A stretch of DNA of 48,198 bases from an uncultured Oscillospiraceae bacterium (GTDB lineage: Bacteria; Bacillota; Clostridia; Peptostreptococcales; Anaerovoracaceae), in assembly GCA_964408195.1 (NCBI GenBank), contig CAYOYO010000001.1:2479-50676 (forward strand). Reading direction: 5' to 3'. The stretch's first letter is position 1. The number at the start of each line of letters is the position of its first letter. The notes under the pieces were generated by a model. The model had not been told where the DNA came from. It did not search any database and was given only the letters and a program-made list of their open reading frames with translations. Below are positions 47,554 through 48,198 of the stretch, piece by piece. A program made the translations under genes and the position numbers.

Positions 47554-48198
47554 ATGAAACATTCAATGCGTCGTCCCGTAAAATACATTTTAGCGGGAAT
47601 CCTTACATCTATGGCAGCTGTCTCCATGATTTTCTTCCCTAGCCTGGTTTTGGAGTCGGCACGGCAAGGAATTGCTTTGTGGGCAGGATCCGTCCTTCCT
47701 GCTTTGCTTCCCTTTTTCATCTGTGCGGATTTTATGATGTCCCTGGGTGTTCCCGGTTTCGTAGGAACCCTTTTTGAACGGCCTTTTCGGAATCTCTTCG
47801 GAACTCCCGGTTCTTCTGCTTTTGTGTTCATTGTGAGCATTACTTCCGGCTATCCAATGGGGGCGAGAATCATCGGCCAGTTGCGAAGAAGGGGAGAGAT
47901 TACCAATAATGAAGGTATTCGGATGCTTTCCTTTTGTTCCACCTCCGGCCCTTTGTTCATGTTGGGGACAGTGGGGGCAGGCATGTTTCATTCTGCTGCG
48001 GCGGGAGCCTTGGTGGCACTTTCCCATTACGCCGGTGCGGTACTGAACGGTCTTTTGTTCCGGCTATCCGCAAAAAAGGCAAGGGGGGGAAGACGGATCT
48101 CAGACAGCCCCTATCATGAGTCGGCAGTAGATAGGAAAAGCCTCTCTGAGATGCTCACCGACGCCATCCTTTCATCATTGAAAGTCCTGGGAATTATT
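47554..48198 (+). CDS. ylbJ: Sporulation integral membrane protein YlbJ-like, 3' end outside the window
   Basis: It is not in the ORF track because no stop is reached. I translated by hand from the ATG at 47554: MKHSMRRPVKYILAGILTSMAAVSMIFFPSLVLESARQGIALWAGSVLPALLPFFICADFMM...SGYPMGARIIG...STSGPLFMLGTVG. The frame stays open to nt 48198. It follows coaD as in Bacillus (ylbH-ylbI-ylbJ). Confidence 0.75.
   Translation, partial: MKHSMRRPVKYILAGILTSMAAVSMIFFPSLVLESARQGIALWAGSVLPALLPFFICADFMMSLGVPGFVGTLFERPFRNLFGTPGSSAFVFIVSITSGYPMGARIIGQLRRRGEITNNEGIRMLSFCSTSGPLFMLGTVGAGMFHSAAAGALVALSHYAGAVLNGLLFRLSAKKARGGRRISDSPYHESAVDRKSLSEMLTDAILSSLKVLGII

Overview
The window is a chromosomal segment from an endospore-forming Firmicute that looks Clostridia-like, based on spoIID, an alpha/beta SASP and ylbJ; GC looks moderate by eye. 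Most of it is housekeeping. In order: spoIID (5' partial), queA, tgt, metA, an RNA m5U methyltransferase, and uvsE. Next come two large c-di-GMP signalling proteins and putP. A six-gene accessory locus follows at 14.85-20.18 kb. On the minus strand are two tandem small/large aconitase-family dehydratase pairs. Then come thiN, a GNAT, a glgBCDAP-plus-GH13 glycogen operon, and a his operon (fused hisZ-hisG, D, C, B, A, F, I, E). The window ends with two unlisted small membrane ORFs, rpmB, an asp23-family gene, recG, a SASP gene, rsmD, coaD, a coiled-coil protein, and ylbJ (3' partial, absent from the ORF track because it runs off the window). The most interesting region is 14850-20177. It holds a SipW-type (Ser-His) signal peptidase fused to a large polytopic membrane domain, and three secreted proteins sharing a Y-[AG]-[GY]-[YW]-T-D-[SQ]-L signal-peptide junction. 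It also holds a bitopic accessory protein and an orphan LuxR-type response regulator whose phospho-acceptor Asp is replaced by Glu. I read this as an uncharacterised variant of the TasA/BsaA-like, SipW-dependent extracellular fibre or matrix system. Other points worth a second look: a frameshifted hisZ-hisG fusion, a his operon with no hisH, and dehydratase pairs in small-then-large order with unusual specificity loops. There is also a 32-bp perfect palindrome after tgt, and a UvsE with a YbgA/DUF1722-like C-terminal extension. I found no tRNA, rRNA, CRISPR array, IS element or recognisable riboswitch. All family assignments come from motif recognition by eye; no database search was run.
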